This document shows, in pieces, positions 26,397 through 37,088 of a DNA stretch of 64,000 nt. This DNA is from Clostridia bacterium. Lineage in GTDB: Bacteria > Bacillota > Clostridia > TANB77 > CAG-465. Numbering within the stretch: the first letter of the stretch is position 1; each line of letters begins with the position of its first letter. The position numbers and the translations under genes are program-made. The stretch is from the NCBI GenBank assembly GCA_036635835.1, contig JAVWPP010000002.1:88577-152576 (forward strand). Reading direction: 5' to 3'. The notes under the pieces were generated by a model that was not told where the DNA came from, ran no database searches, and worked only from the letters and a program-made list of their open reading frames with translations.

Positions 26397-27592
26397 TTTC
26401 CACTGCAGTGGTCAGATGCAAATAAGCTAGAAGCTCTACATATTTTAAAATCCTTACTAAAACTATTCATTAACTTATCTATAGCATGATCTAAATTATC
26501 TTGTTTAACATTTTGCAAATTAAACAAATCCGTTTGCAAATTCTCATCGTATACTAAATTACTTAGAGAAATTCCAAGCAGCCTTACTGGTCTTCCGTCC
26601 CAAGAATCTTTAAATAGCTTAATTGCTACGTCATAAATTTCTTTAGTAGTAGAAACTTCTTTAGATAAAGTAGTAGCTCTAGAATATGTCTGAAAAGTAT
26701 TAAGCTTAACATCTACAGCAACTGTCTTAACCTTAGCATCATGCTTCCTAAGCCTTCTAGAAACAGTTTCAGAAACATTTAAAAGCACCGCGTTAATAGA
26801 CACTAAATCATCTAAATCCATTTTAGTAGTAACAGAATTAGAGTAGCATTTGTTTTTTTCTCTTTCCTTAATTTCCGCTACATATGTACCATTTGCATAG
26901 CTACGCAAAATACTTCCTCTAGATTTAAAATGGTAAGTTAGCAAATCTAAATTAGCATTTGCAAGCTTTCCAATTGTATTTATACCAATTGTTCTAAGCT
27001 TAGCAGAAGTTTGCCTTCCGCACATGAAAAGCTCCTCAATTGGAAGAGGCCACATTTTAGTTTCTAGTTCATCTAAAAATAGGGTATGAATTTTATTTGG
27101 CTTTTCAAAATCACTTGCCATTTTAGCAAGTATCTTATTTGTACTTATTCCTATGTTAACAGTAACTCCAATTTTTTCGAAAATTTCTTTTTGTATACTA
27201 CGCGCAACGTCCATATATGAACCTAAAATAGGCACATACTCCATAAAATATTCATCTACGGAAAACTGCTCTAAATTAGGCGAGTAATTTTCTAAGATTT
27301 TACCCATAGCCATACTACTCCTAACGTAAACCTCAAAATCTGGTGGATATATTTTAAGCGATGGACACTTCTTAAGTGCCATATTTAAAGGCTCACCCGT
27401 AACAACACCTAGCTTTTTAGCAGAAGTAGACTTAGCAAGTATAATACCAGTCCTTTTTTTTGGATCCCCACCTATTGCAGATGGAATATTTCGTATATCT
27501 TCTTTTTCTCCATTTTTTAAATGCTCAACAGCTGTCCAAGAAAGAAAAGCAGAATTTACATCAACATGGAAAAATATCTTATCTTTATTCAT
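26387..27592 (-). CDS. dinB: Y-family DNA polymerase IV
   Basis: IFFHVDVNSAFLSWTAVE N-terminus, SVDEYFM motif, little-finger-length C-terminus. GTGGTGA RBS before the ATG at 27592. Confidence 0.8.
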   Translation of the reverse strand: MNKDKIFFHVDVNSAFLSWTAVEHLKNGEKEDIRNIPSAIGGDPKKRTGIILAKSTSAKKLGVVTGEPLNMALKKCPSLKIYPPDFEVYVRSSMAMGKILENYSPNLEQFSVDEYFMEYVPILGSYMDVARSIQKEIFEKIGVTVNIGISTNKILAKMASDFEKPNKIHTLFLDELETKMWPLPIEELFMCGRQTSAKLRTIGINTIGKLANANLDLLTYHFKSRGSILRSYANGTYVAEIKEREKNKCYSNSVTTKMDLDDLVSINAVLLNVSETVSRRLRKHDAKVKTVAVDVKLNTFQTYSRATTLSKEVSTTKEIYDVAIKLFKDSWDGRPVRLLGISLSNLVYDENLQTDLFNLQNVKQDNLDHAIDKLMNSFSKDFKICRASSLFASDHCSGKEE

Positions 27593-27717
27593 TAATTTCA
27601 CCACATATAGTATACGCTAAAAACGCCGAAAAATCAATAAAAATGGCGAAATTTTGGGTACGAATTTTCTTGTAATATGCATGCTAGGAGAGTAAAATAG
27701 ATACGAGGTGAAGCAAG

Positions 27718-28551
27718 ATGGAAAAAGAATATTATTATGTATGGCTAAGCTTAATTCCAAAGCTTGGATATGTAAAAATAAAAGAAATAATGGAAAAAAA
27801 CAATGTGGAAAGTGTGGACAAACTCTATGATTTAGATGTAAAACACCCAAACATGTACGAAAAACTTGTAATGGATATAACATACAAGATAGAAGCAGAA
27901 AAAATGTACAAAGAAATAACAAAAAATAAAATAGAAATAATACATATAGAAAGCGAAAATTATCCAAGTGAACTAAAAGATATATATTCTCCTCCAGTTG
28001 CCCTATATGCTAAAGGAAATGTAGACCTTTTGAAAGGAAAAAAAGTAGGAATGGTAGGCTCTAGACTAGCATCTAATTATGGCAAAAAAGTAGCATATAA
28101 CATTAGCAAAAAATTCGTAGGAAAAGATATGGTAGTTGTAAGTGGACTTGCAAAAGGCATAGACGAATACTCACATATAGGCGCATGCGAGGGACTGCAG
28201 GCAAAGACAATTGCAGTAATAGGAACAGGTCTAGACGACTGCTACCCAGCAGGGAACAAGTATTTAGAAAGAAGAATATTAAGCAAAAATGGACTTATAC
28301 TTTCAGAATTTGTACTTGGCATAGGCCCCAAAAGGCATCACTTTCCAATGCGTAACAGAATTATAGCTGGACTTTCAGACTTTTTAGTTGTAGTAGAAGC
28401 AAAAGAAAAAAGCGGAGCTTTAATTACTGTAGATATGATGCTCGAAAGTGGAAAAGAAGTATATGCAGTTCCAGGACCAATTGGAGATGATAGATTTGCA
28501 GGCTCAAATAGGCTAATTAAAGACGGATCAAACGTAATACTAGATATATAA
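27718..28551 (+). CDS. dprA: DNA processing protein DprA (Smf)
   Basis: VGMVGSRLASNYGKKVAYNI...VVSGLAKGIDEYSH...GPKRHHFPMRNRIIAGLS core motifs. No extended C-terminal domain at 277 aa. Confidence 0.85.
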   Translation: MEKEYYYVWLSLIPKLGYVKIKEIMEKNNVESVDKLYDLDVKHPNMYEKLVMDITYKIEAEKMYKEITKNKIEIIHIESENYPSELKDIYSPPVALYAKGNVDLLKGKKVGMVGSRLASNYGKKVAYNISKKFVGKDMVVVSGLAKGIDEYSHIGACEGLQAKTIAVIGTGLDDCYPAGNKYLERRILSKNGLILSEFVLGIGPKRHHFPMRNRIIAGLSDFLVVVEAKEKSGALITVDMMLESGKEVYAVPGPIGDDRFAGSNRLIKDGSNVILDI

Positions 28552-28648
28552 TAAAACAATAAAGTACATAAAAAAGAGCTAAAAATTCAAAAATGCTTGT
28601 TTTTACTCATTAAATATAGTAAAATATAATACGATGAGGTGAAGTTAC

Positions 28649-31030
28649 GTGGATAAAAAAAATAATAAAAATAGCTATGATAAAATAGTTAAGAAGAAAA
28701 AAACAAAAAGTAACGAAGACTACGATAAAGTAAGTAAAAGCAAAAACAAAAATAAAAAAGGCAAAGGCAAAAAAAATGTAGCCTTTAACATATTTAAAAT
28801 TTTCTTAATTGCATGTATTGCAATATGTATAATAGGAGTTGGAATAGTTGCAGGTGTTTTAACTGGAATAATAGATGAAACAGAAGCACTAGACATGGAC
28901 GATTTTGAAACAACTAAACTATCTACTTTCTTTTATGATATTAACGGAAATCAAATGGCAACAATCTATGATGAAAACAGAGTTGTTGTTAAATACTCAG
29001 ATTTACCTAAACATATGGTAGATGCGCTAGTATCTTTAGAAGATGAAAGATTTTTTACGCATAATGGTATAGATATAAAAAGAACAGGTGCAGCAGTATT
29101 TTCATACGTGCTTAACGGAGGAAATTCTTCTGTAGGTGGTGGTAGTACAATCACTCAGCAGCTTGTTAAAAACATATCTGGAGATAACGAAAAAGATTGG
29201 ACTAGAAAAATTAGAGAATGGTATAGAGCTATAATGCTTGAAAGCAAATTATCTAAAGAGCAAATTCTAGAAACATATTTAAATACAATATACATGGGAG
29301 ACGGTGCATACGGTATAGAAGTTGCAGCACAAAACTATTTTGCTAAACCAGTAAAAGATGTTAACATTGCAGAAGCAGCTTGCCTAGCAGCAATTATACA
29401 AACACCAGAAGGATATAACCCATATAAAGGAGAAAAAGCTAGAGGTAAGCTATTAGATAGACAAAAAATAGCACTTTCTCAAATGAAAAAACTAGGTAAA
29501 ATAGACGAAGAACAATATAATCAAGCTTTAGCATACAAATTAGAATTTAAAAAATCTAGTAGCATGCAAACTAAAGTAAATTCATACTTCTTAGATGAAG
29601 TTATAGAATCTGCTGCAAGAGAAATACAAGCTAAACAAAATTGCTCATACGCAATGGCAAAGAAAAAGATTTATGGTAGTGGATATAAAATATATACTAC
29701 AATGGACCCAGCCGTTCAGCAAGTAATAGATGATGTATATGCAGATAAGAGTATATTCTATGTAAGTAGAAAATATGGCGTAATGATGCAATCATCGTTA
29801 GTTATATATGATTACCACACAGGAAATGTTGTTGGTATGGCAGGAGGAGCAACAGGAACTAAAACTGGAGACTTCCAGCTAAATAGAGCAACTCAGCTTC
29901 CAAGGCAGCCGGGATCATCAATAAAACCTTTAGCAGCATATGGACCAGCTTTTGAAAAAGGAACATTAACTCCATCTAGAACAATAGTAGATGAAAAAAT
30001 AAACATCAATGGATGGTCTCCAAAGAACTGGTACGGATACTTCTATGGTAAAGTTACTGTTAGAAAAGCAGTAGAACAATCAATGAATATACCAGCTGTT
30101 AAAGCAGTACAAAGCGTTGGAATAGACTATAGCTATAAATTCCTTAAAAACTTTGGATTTAAATCAATAGTGCCAGAGGATAAATATTATCCATCACTTG
30201 CACTAGGAGGTTTAACTCATGGTGTAACTACTTATGAAATGGCTGCAGCATATGGAGCTATTGCAAACGGTGGAATATATATGAAGCCAAAAGTATTTAC
30301 AAAAATAGTGGATAGAAACGGAAAAGAAGTATTAAATGTTAATAGCGATTGTAAGCAAGTTATGAAAGAAGAAACTGCTTACCAATTAACAGATGTACTA
30401 CAATCAGTTGTTAAAAACGGCTCAGGTATGGGCGCAAGACTTGGAAAAATGCCTACATGCGGAAAAACAGGAACTACAGATAATGATCAAGATAGATGGT
30501 TCTGTGGATATACACCATACTACTCTGCAGCATGTTGGATAGGTTTTGATGACCAAGGTAGACCAATAGATAGATCATCATATCCAAATATAATATTATG
30601 GAAAAATGTAATGTCTAGAATACATAAAGGATTACCTATTAAAGAATTTGCATCACCAACAGGGCTATTTAAGACTAACATTTGTAAAGAGTCTGGAATG
30701 CTTCCAACAGAGGCATGTACAGCAGCAGGATCAGTAGTTTCAGATATGTTTGCTTCTAGTACAGCTCCTACAGAAACATGTACAAAACATAGATTTGTAG
30801 AAGTATGTAGTGAAACAAATAAACTACCATCTAAATATTGTACATCTCTTAAGAAAATAGTTGTTACAGATGAAACGGACATAAAGGAAAGCTGCACGCT
30901 TCATATGACACCGCCAGCTCCTGTAATACCAGTAGATCCAGTAGAACCGGCAAAACCAGAAAAACCAGATAAACCAGAAAAACCGGTAAAACCAGATGAA
31001 GAGGATGAAACAAAACCAGAACAACCGTAA
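28649..31030 (+). CDS. Class A penicillin-binding protein (glycosyltransferase + transpeptidase)
   Basis: GTG start with a GAGGTGA RBS. TM helix. GT51 motifs EDERFFTHNGID and GGSTITQQL. Transpeptidase motifs SSIKP and KTGTT. Pro/Lys-rich tail PAKPEKPDKPEKPVKPD. Confidence 0.92.
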   Translation: MDKKNNKNSYDKIVKKKKTKSNEDYDKVSKSKNKNKKGKGKKNVAFNIFKIFLIACIAICIIGVGIVAGVLTGIIDETEALDMDDFETTKLSTFFYDINGNQMATIYDENRVVVKYSDLPKHMVDALVSLEDERFFTHNGIDIKRTGAAVFSYVLNGGNSSVGGGSTITQQLVKNISGDNEKDWTRKIREWYRAIMLESKLSKEQILETYLNTIYMGDGAYGIEVAAQNYFAKPVKDVNIAEAACLAAIIQTPEGYNPYKGEKARGKLLDRQKIALSQMKKLGKIDEEQYNQALAYKLEFKKSSSMQTKVNSYFLDEVIESAAREIQAKQNCSYAMAKKKIYGSGYKIYTTMDPAVQQVIDDVYADKSIFYVSRKYGVMMQSSLVIYDYHTGNVVGMAGGATGTKTGDFQLNRATQLPRQPGSSIKPLAAYGPAFEKGTLTPSRTIVDEKININGWSPKNWYGYFYGKVTVRKAVEQSMNIPAVKAVQSVGIDYSYKFLKNFGFKSIVPEDKYYPSLALGGLTHGVTTYEMAAAYGAIANGGIYMKPKVFTKIVDRNGKEVLNVNSDCKQVMKEETAYQLTDVLQSVVKNGSGMGARLGKMPTCGKTGTTDNDQDRWFCGYTPYYSAACWIGFDDQGRPIDRSSYPNIILWKNVMSRIHKGLPIKEFASPTGLFKTNICKESGMLPTEACTAAGSVVSDMFASSTAPTETCTKHRFVEVCSETNKLPSKYCTSLKKIVVTDETDIKESCTLHMTPPAPVIPVDPVEPAKPEKPDKPEKPVKPDEEDETKPEQP

Positions 31031-31089
31031 TAAATATAACGAATAAAATCTCTTACTTGTACATAGTATGTATGGGTAGGAGGTTTTTT

Positions 31090-31689
31090 ATGAATAAAGA
31101 TAAAATATCAAAGATAAAAAATATAGTAATAGGCAACGTTAAGAAGTACAAATATATGTACCTAAGTGTAATGTGTTTATCTGTGCTTTCTGTGCTTATC
31201 TATATGTCTAGCAACAATCAAGAAATGTTTGCAACTAATGTACAAAATCCAAAAGAAATTGGTGTATATGCAGAAGATAACTCAAACAAAATAGAAGTTA
31301 CATTTTCTTGTATAGATTTATCTACTAATAAAGTTGTAGATGTAAAAGAAAAAGTAGACTTAAAGAAATACTTAGAAAATCCAGAATTTACTTTAGTAAA
31401 TGAGTATTTAAATTATATAGGAATAGATAAAATTGTTTCGCCACTTTGCAACAAGATAGTGCTAGGAGATGTTAGAATAGAAGAAAGAACGCTAAAGATA
31501 GACATTTCTAATGTAGGAGAATATAAATACATGGAAGCAACAAGAAAGAAAATAGAGGCTTTTTCAAACGATAGTAAGAAACTTGCATGTATGCAAACTT
31601 TAAAACAGCTTAAAAATGTAGATCAAATTAAATTTACATTAGACGGAAAAGAAATAAAAGATTTATCATATATAAAAGGTGTTAGCTAA
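31090..31689 (+). CDS. Membrane-anchored hypothetical protein, possibly GerM-like
   Basis: AGGAGG RBS and an N-terminal TM helix. The pattern IEVTFSCIDL...VRIEERTLKIDISN...CMQTLKQLKNVDQIKFTLDGKEI resembles GerM domains as I recall them. Confidence 0.4.
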   Translation: MNKDKISKIKNIVIGNVKKYKYMYLSVMCLSVLSVLIYMSSNNQEMFATNVQNPKEIGVYAEDNSNKIEVTFSCIDLSTNKVVDVKEKVDLKKYLENPEFTLVNEYLNYIGIDKIVSPLCNKIVLGDVRIEERTLKIDISNVGEYKYMEATRKKIEAFSNDSKKLACMQTLKQLKNVDQIKFTLDGKEIKDLSYIKGVS

Positions 31690-32270
31690 TGTGCTAGCAC
31701 CTTATTTAATGTATTAATAATAAAACTTTCATACTTTATAGAGCTATCATGGCTAGCTGTAAGCACGTTAAAGTCTAAAACTCCGGAATTTATTATATCT
31801 TCTCCGCTATTTTCATAAGGAGAAATAATGCTCCAAAAGTTAGCTCCTTTGCCCTCTCCTAAATATATATTTATGCTATCAAAAGAACCAGCTGGTGAGT
31901 AATTAAACTTGTTTTCTTTCTCACCGTAGTGTATTTTACCAAGTTTTACAGAGGCAAGATACGGCATACTATTTGCTTTAAGAATCCCATTTGTTTCATC
32001 TAATATACTTACTAAATCTTCTGAAAGTCTACTATATATCTCACTTTTATCTGAGCAGCTAGATACTACGTTTTTAACCATATCTTCTAAACTTGCCTGC
32101 ACTTTAAGCTTCACAATCTGATCATTTTTAGAATCACTATTTGCCGTAATATGTATCCTAAAAGAGTCTTCACTTAAGTTAATTTCCCTATAAACAGCTT
32201 TAAAAATTATAGCATTTAATAGAATAAACGCACAAACACCAAAGCATGTAATTAAATATTTTTCCTTCAT
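31686..32270 (-). CDS. spoIIR: Stage II sporulation protein R
   Basis: Signal/TM segment followed by FRIHITANSDSKNDQIVKLKVQ, which matches the conserved SpoIIR (R/H)(L/V)HV-ANSDS...LKL-VRD motif. AGGTGA RBS before the internal ATG (MKEKYL). Confidence 0.75.
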   Translation of the reverse strand: MKEKYLITCFGVCAFILLNAIIFKAVYREINLSEDSFRIHITANSDSKNDQIVKLKVQASLEDMVKNVVSSCSDKSEIYSRLSEDLVSILDETNGILKANSMPYLASVKLGKIHYGEKENKFNYSPAGSFDSINIYLGEGKGANFWSIISPYENSGEDIINSGVLDFNVLTASHDSSIKYESFIINTLNKVLAH

Positions 32271-32417
32271 AATATCACCTAATAATAGTATGAGAGAAAA
32301 AAAAGAAATTATCAAAAAAACGTACGACAAAAGTGCCTATAAACCGCTAAAACTAGACATTTTACACCGTTGACTAACATATGCAATAGAGGTAAAATCA
32401 TATTAGGAGGTGCACTA

Positions 32418-32855
32418 ATGAAAACAAAAATATGTAGTTTTGCTATAAATTTTATACATGCCTGTATAATGGCCAACAACTTTATTAAAGAGAATTTAAA
32501 CGATGTAAAAATTATATATATTAATGAAGAAAACGAGAAAGAAAAGATAAAAGATGTCATAACTAAATACTACCCTGAAGTAGAGCACGTAAGCTTTTAC
32601 AACGATATACTAGATGAAAAAATAATCAACGAATACGACAGCGAAAAATTTGTATATGTTGTTTATGGTAGTGAAAAATTCATAGAAAAGGTTAATAAAT
32701 ACCTAGATATCAACAAATTTTCAGGGTATATAATAAACAATTATAAAGTAATAACACTAAAAGAAGACATGAATGATATTATAAATAAGCATAAATATTA
32801 TATAAATACCACATATATATATGTTTCAAAAGACTATAGTCTTAAAAAAAAATAA
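32418..32855 (+). CDS. Hypothetical protein
   Basis: AGGAGGTG RBS before ATG 32418. No family recognised. Confidence 0.55.
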   Translation: MKTKICSFAINFIHACIMANNFIKENLNDVKIIYINEENEKEKIKDVITKYYPEVEHVSFYNDILDEKIINEYDSEKFVYVVYGSEKFIEKVNKYLDINKFSGYIINNYKVITLKEDMNDIINKHKYYINTTYIYVSKDYSLKKK

Positions 32856-32928
32856 GATAGAAATAAGGATATATTGCAAAATTAAGCGCGTTATGATATT
32901 ATCAAAAAGCAAGGAGATGATATTAAAA

Positions 32929-34293
32929 ATGAAAATAGATGAAAATATTAAACCTAATATATTTAGAGGTTATGATATTAGAGGAATTTATGGAGAAGAA
33001 TTAACAGAAGATGTAGCATATACAATAGGTAAATCATATGGCACATATATTCAAAACGTTAAAAACAAGAAAGTAGCTATTGTAGGATATGATAATAGAT
33101 CATCGTCTGTGCCACTTTCAAAAGCGCTTATACAAGGAATGGTTGAAACAGGCCTAGACGTAATAAACATAGGACTTGTAACAACTCCAATGTTCTATTA
33201 TTCTTGGTTACTATTTAACGTACCATCTGGAATAATGATAACAGCAAGCCACAATCCAAAGGAATATAACGGCTTTAAAATGGCTTTTGACGAATTTGGA
33301 AACGCTTGTGGAGAAATGATACAAGATTTTAGAAAACACACTGCAAATCTAGATTTCATAGCAGGTAATGGAACAGAAAGAAAAGAAGATATTACAGAAA
33401 AATATTTAGAATTGTTGCAAAAAAGCATCAATCTTGGAGATAAAAAAATAAAAGTTGTAGTAGATGCTGCAAACGGTACTGCTAGTATTGTTGCAAAAAA
33501 AGCATTTGAGCTAATTGGAGCAGAAGTTATACCAATTTACTGCGATAGCAATCCAGATTTCCCAAACCATCACCCAGATCCATGCGTAGAAGCAAATAAT
33601 GCAGACTTAAAAAAAGCAGTGCTTGCAAATAAAGCAGACCTTGGAATTGGATTAGATGGGGACGGAGATAGAGTTGGCGTAATAGACGAAAATGGGAAAA
33701 TGATATTTATAGATGAGTTTATGATTATAATTTGGAGAAATATAATGTCTAAAGTTACAAATAAGAATGCCTTGTTTGATATTAAATGTTCTAAATCTTT
33801 ACCAGATGAAATACTTAAACTAGGAGGCACTCCCGTTTTCTATAGAACAGGAAATTCATACATGAAAGCTAAAATGAAAGAAGGAAAATTTGCTTTTGGC
33901 GGAGAACTTTCAGGACATGTATTTTTTGCGGACAAATTCCCTGGCTTTGACGATGGAATATATGCAGGAATGAGGCTAATAGAAATACTTTCAAATACAG
34001 ATAAAAAACTTTCAGAGCACCTAGATGGAATTAATAAATATTATTCAACTCCAGAAATTAAATATAAATCAACAGACGATAAAAAGTTTGGTATAATAGA
34101 TGGTGTAAGAAAATACTGCGAAGAAAAAGGATATAATATAATAACACTAGATGGCGTAAGAGCTGAGTTTAAAGACGGCTGGGCGCTAGTTAGAGCATCT
34201 AACACAGGACCAGATATAACAATGAGATTTGAAGGCAAAACACAGGAAAGAATGAAAGAAATTCAAGAAGAATTTACAGCACTTCTTCCATAA
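32929..34293 (+). CDS. Phosphomannomutase/phosphoglucomutase (alpha-D-phosphohexomutase)
   Basis: TASHNPKEYNGFK phosphoserine loop and GIGLDGDGDRVG metal loop. The start is ambiguous (32917 or 32929). Confidence 0.88.
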   Translation: MKIDENIKPNIFRGYDIRGIYGEELTEDVAYTIGKSYGTYIQNVKNKKVAIVGYDNRSSSVPLSKALIQGMVETGLDVINIGLVTTPMFYYSWLLFNVPSGIMITASHNPKEYNGFKMAFDEFGNACGEMIQDFRKHTANLDFIAGNGTERKEDITEKYLELLQKSINLGDKKIKVVVDAANGTASIVAKKAFELIGAEVIPIYCDSNPDFPNHHPDPCVEANNADLKKAVLANKADLGIGLDGDGDRVGVIDENGKMIFIDEFMIIIWRNIMSKVTNKNALFDIKCSKSLPDEILKLGGTPVFYRTGNSYMKAKMKEGKFAFGGELSGHVFFADKFPGFDDGIYAGMRLIEILSNTDKKLSEHLDGINKYYSTPEIKYKSTDDKKFGIIDGVRKYCEEKGYNIITLDGVRAEFKDGWALVRASNTGPDITMRFEGKTQERMKEIQEEFTALLP

Positions 34294-34318
34294 AAAAAGC
34301 AGCTTAAGCTGCTTTTTT
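34292..34318. terminator. Bidirectional terminator
   Basis: aaaaaaagcagc ttaa gctgctttttt. Confidence 0.8.
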
Positions 34319-34663
34319 CTTAATTAAAAATTTATTTTGTATTTTCAAAATAAATATATCTCTTTTATAAATATATAACACGGACTTAAAAAAACTTGTA
34401 AATTCATCAACTTTATACGTTTTAAAAAAATCCTTACCATTTTCTAAAGTATATTCAGCTGAGATATTAAAAAGTAAATCAGAAGCAACAGTTACATATT
34501 TATATCCTAAAGAATACTTAATACAGGCTTCATATAGATAAGAATCCATATTTTTATCTATACAGTTATATACTTCATATTCCTTTATTAAATTTTTTTT
34601 CTTATTAAAAGTCTTATAGAAATCACTATTTTTAAAAAGAAAATTATAAATTAAATTTTTCAT
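34304..34663 (-). CDS. Hypothetical protein (119 aa)
   Basis: GGAG RBS region on the minus strand. Divergent from the XRE regulator. No family recognised. Confidence 0.5.
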   Translation of the reverse strand: MKNLIYNFLFKNSDFYKTFNKKKNLIKEYEVYNCIDKNMDSYLYEACIKYSLGYKYVTVASDLLFNISAEYTLENGKDFFKTYKVDEFTSFFKSVLYIYKRDIFILKIQNKFLIKKKAA

Positions 34664-34801
34664 TATTTAAACTCCTTAGTATGAATTAATAGCATTATAC
34701 CATATATTGTTAACATAATCAACAGTCTGACTGTTATTTATTACAGTTAAACTCACTTAATTGTTAAGCAAATATTTGGTATAATAAAAACGGTGATAGA
34801 A

Positions 34802-35152
34802 ATGAAATATAATTATTCAAACGATGAAGTTAATAAAAAAGTAGGCGAAAGAGTTAAACACTATAGAAAAATCAGAGGTATAACTCAAGAAAAATTAGCC
34901 GAAGTAATTGATAAAAGTACAAATTATGTTGGCATGTTTGAGCGTGGTGCAACTGGCATCACTATTGAAACATTAATAAAAATATCTAATTTTTTAAATG
35001 TTACGCCAAATAATATTTTGCAAGATTACATACCCGTATATGAGGAAGATGAAACTGCAGACTTTTTGTATAATCAATTCACAACAATGAACGATAAGGA
35101 TAAGAGATTATTATTAACTATATCTAATCATATTATAGCTGAAAATAAATAA
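34802..35152 (+). CDS. XRE-family helix-turn-helix transcriptional regulator
   Basis: VGERVKHYRKIRGITQEKLAEVIDKSTNYVGMFERG is a classic Cro/C1 HTH. Confidence 0.8.
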   Translation: MKYNYSNDEVNKKVGERVKHYRKIRGITQEKLAEVIDKSTNYVGMFERGATGITIETLIKISNFLNVTPNNILQDYIPVYEEDETADFLYNQFTTMNDKDKRLLLTISNHIIAENK

Positions 35153-35178
35153 TATATTCTTACAAAGAAAAAGTAGAC

Positions 35179-35217
35179 AAAAAAAGATAGAAACGCAGTG
35201 TTTTCTATCTTTTTTTT
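35179..35217. terminator. Bidirectional terminator
   Basis: agatagaaa(c) gcagt (g)ttttctatct stem flanked by an A-run and a T-run. Confidence 0.8.
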
Positions 35218-35220
35218 ACT

Positions 35221-35961
35221 TTACTCTTCTATATTCTTATCTTTATCTACAACCTGCCAGCCATCTATATTGCTTCTTACAATTGCTCCAAAAACATGTT
35301 CCCTTACTCTAGGAATATCTTTGCAAAGCGTTTTCAAAAGATCTTTCATAAATTCTCTTTTAGTAAAACCATCTCTTGGGCAGCATTTACCAACAACCGG
35401 ATAATTGCCTTCTTTAGCAGCTTTTCTTGTCATAGACTCATCTACATAAATAAAAGGTCTAATTACTTTAACATTACTTCTACTTAAATAAGTAACAGGC
35501 GAAAAAGTATGTATTTTTCCATTTAAAAACACACTCATCATAAATGTCTCCATAACATCATCCTTGTGGTGGCCAAGTGCAATTTTAGTGCATCCGTTTT
35601 CTATAGCGATGCTGTTTAACATACCTCTTCTCATATTAGCACATAAAGAGCAAGGATTTTTTTCATTTCGTATATTAAAAACAACGTCCGTTATATTAGA
35701 ATTATACACAATATATTGTATATTTAAATCCGCACACATTTTTTCTAGTTCTTCAGTATGGAAAGTTTCACTACCTGGGTGGATAGTTATAGCCATAATT
35801 TCAAATTTCACAGGATAGAATTTTCTAAGGTAATAAAGCGCGTAAAGTAGCGTAATACTGTCTTTACCGCCAGAAAGCCCTACTGCGATCTTGTCGCCTT
35901 CTTCTATCATATTAAAATCAGATACAGCTTTTCTTGTAAGCCCTAATATTTTTTGCAACAT
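35221..35961 (-). CDS. ttcA: PP-loop ATPase of the TtcA/tRNA 2-thiocytidine family
   Basis: VGLSGGKDS PP-loop plus Cys motifs (CSLC; CCPRDG). AGGAGG RBS before the internal ATG (MLQKILG). Confidence 0.75.
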   Translation of the reverse strand: MLQKILGLTRKAVSDFNMIEEGDKIAVGLSGGKDSITLLYALYYLRKFYPVKFEIMAITIHPGSETFHTEELEKMCADLNIQYIVYNSNITDVVFNIRNEKNPCSLCANMRRGMLNSIAIENGCTKIALGHHKDDVMETFMMSVFLNGKIHTFSPVTYLSRSNVKVIRPFIYVDESMTRKAAKEGNYPVVGKCCPRDGFTKREFMKDLLKTLCKDIPRVREHVFGAIVRSNIDGWQVVDKDKNIEE

Positions 35962-36074
35962 ATTTGTCCTCCTAATTTTATTCAATACCTATTATTATAG
36001 CACTTTTAATGATATTTGTCCACAAATACTTAAAAAATACAGTCAGTAATATGCAAAATATATATATAAACTCA

Positions 36075-36103
36075 TTGATATATAAAGATGCTCGTGATAT
36101 AAT
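36075..36103 (+). promoter_or_regulatory. Sigma-A promoter of murB
   Basis: TTGATA, 17 nt spacer, TATAAT. Confidence 0.6.
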
Positions 36104-36163
36104 ACAGACGTAAGTGCATAACTTAATAAAGAGAAAAATATAGTATATATAGGATGTGGTAAT

Positions 36164-37078
36164 ATGGTAAATGAAAAGTATATAGGACTTAAAAATTACA
36201 TAGATTTAACAAAGATTAAATATAACGAACCCCTTGCTAAGCACTCTACTATGAAAGTAGGCGGCCCAGCAGATGTTTTAGTTGAAATATCAACATTAGA
36301 TGAGATCGAAAAAGTTGTTGAATTTGCAAGAGAGAATAAAATAAAATATTACGTTTTAGGTAATGGTAGCAATGTATTTGCTACAGATAAAGGATATAGA
36401 GGAATTATTATAAAGATTGCAAAATCTTTTAGCGATTACAATATAGACGGAGATGAAATAACTGTTTGCGCTGGAATGTCTATGCCAAGACTTGCAAGCA
36501 TAGCTCAAAGTCAGGGCCTTTCAGGGCTTGAGTTTGCCTGTGGAATACCAGGAACAATAGGTGGCGGAGTTAGAATGAACGCTGGTGCATATGGTGGAGA
36601 AATGCAAGATGTGATTACACAAACTAAATTTATAGATGAAAATGGCATATTAAGAACCATTTCTCATGACGAGCATGAATTTAGTTATAGGCATACAATT
36701 TTTACGGATAATCCAAAATACATAATTTTAGAAACAACACTGAAATTAAAAGCAGCAGATAAAGATGAAATTAAAAATAAGATGATGGAAAATTCAAAAA
36801 AAAGAAGAGAAAAACAGCCTTTAGAATATCCAAATTGCGGTAGCACATTTAAAAGACCAGAAGGACTTTTTGTAGGACAAATAATACAAGAATCTAATCT
36901 TAAAGGATACACCGTTGGAGGAGCGCAAGTTTCAGAAAAACATGCTGGATTTATAATAAACAGAAATAATGCAACAGCAAAAGATGTGTTAGACTTAATA
37001 AGTCACATACAAAGTGTAATAAAAGAAAAATATAATGTAGAATTAAAAGTAGAAGTCATCGTAATAGGTGAAAAATAG
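36164..37078 (+). CDS. murB: UDP-N-acetylenolpyruvoylglucosamine reductase
   Basis: PLAKHSTMKVGGPADVL, GNGSN, GIPGTIGGGVRMNAGAYGGE, CGSTFKRP motifs. Confidence 0.92.
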   Translation: MVNEKYIGLKNYIDLTKIKYNEPLAKHSTMKVGGPADVLVEISTLDEIEKVVEFARENKIKYYVLGNGSNVFATDKGYRGIIIKIAKSFSDYNIDGDEITVCAGMSMPRLASIAQSQGLSGLEFACGIPGTIGGGVRMNAGAYGGEMQDVITQTKFIDENGILRTISHDEHEFSYRHTIFTDNPKYIILETTLKLKAADKDEIKNKMMENSKKRREKQPLEYPNCGSTFKRPEGLFVGQIIQESNLKGYTVGGAQVSEKHAGFIINRNNATAKDVLDLISHIQSVIKEKYNVELKVEVIVIGEK

Positions 37079-37088
37079 GAGAAAAATT

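Noticed and set aside
27593-27717. LexA box upstream of dinB/dprA
   Set aside because: The best candidate, CGAATTTTCTTGT, mismatches the GAAC-N4-GTTC core at several positions, so it is not reported as a feature.
27617-27967. 116-aa minus-strand ORF spanning the dinB-dprA intergenic region
   Set aside because: It overlaps the 5' part of dprA in antisense, has an F/L-rich low-complexity product and has no RBS.
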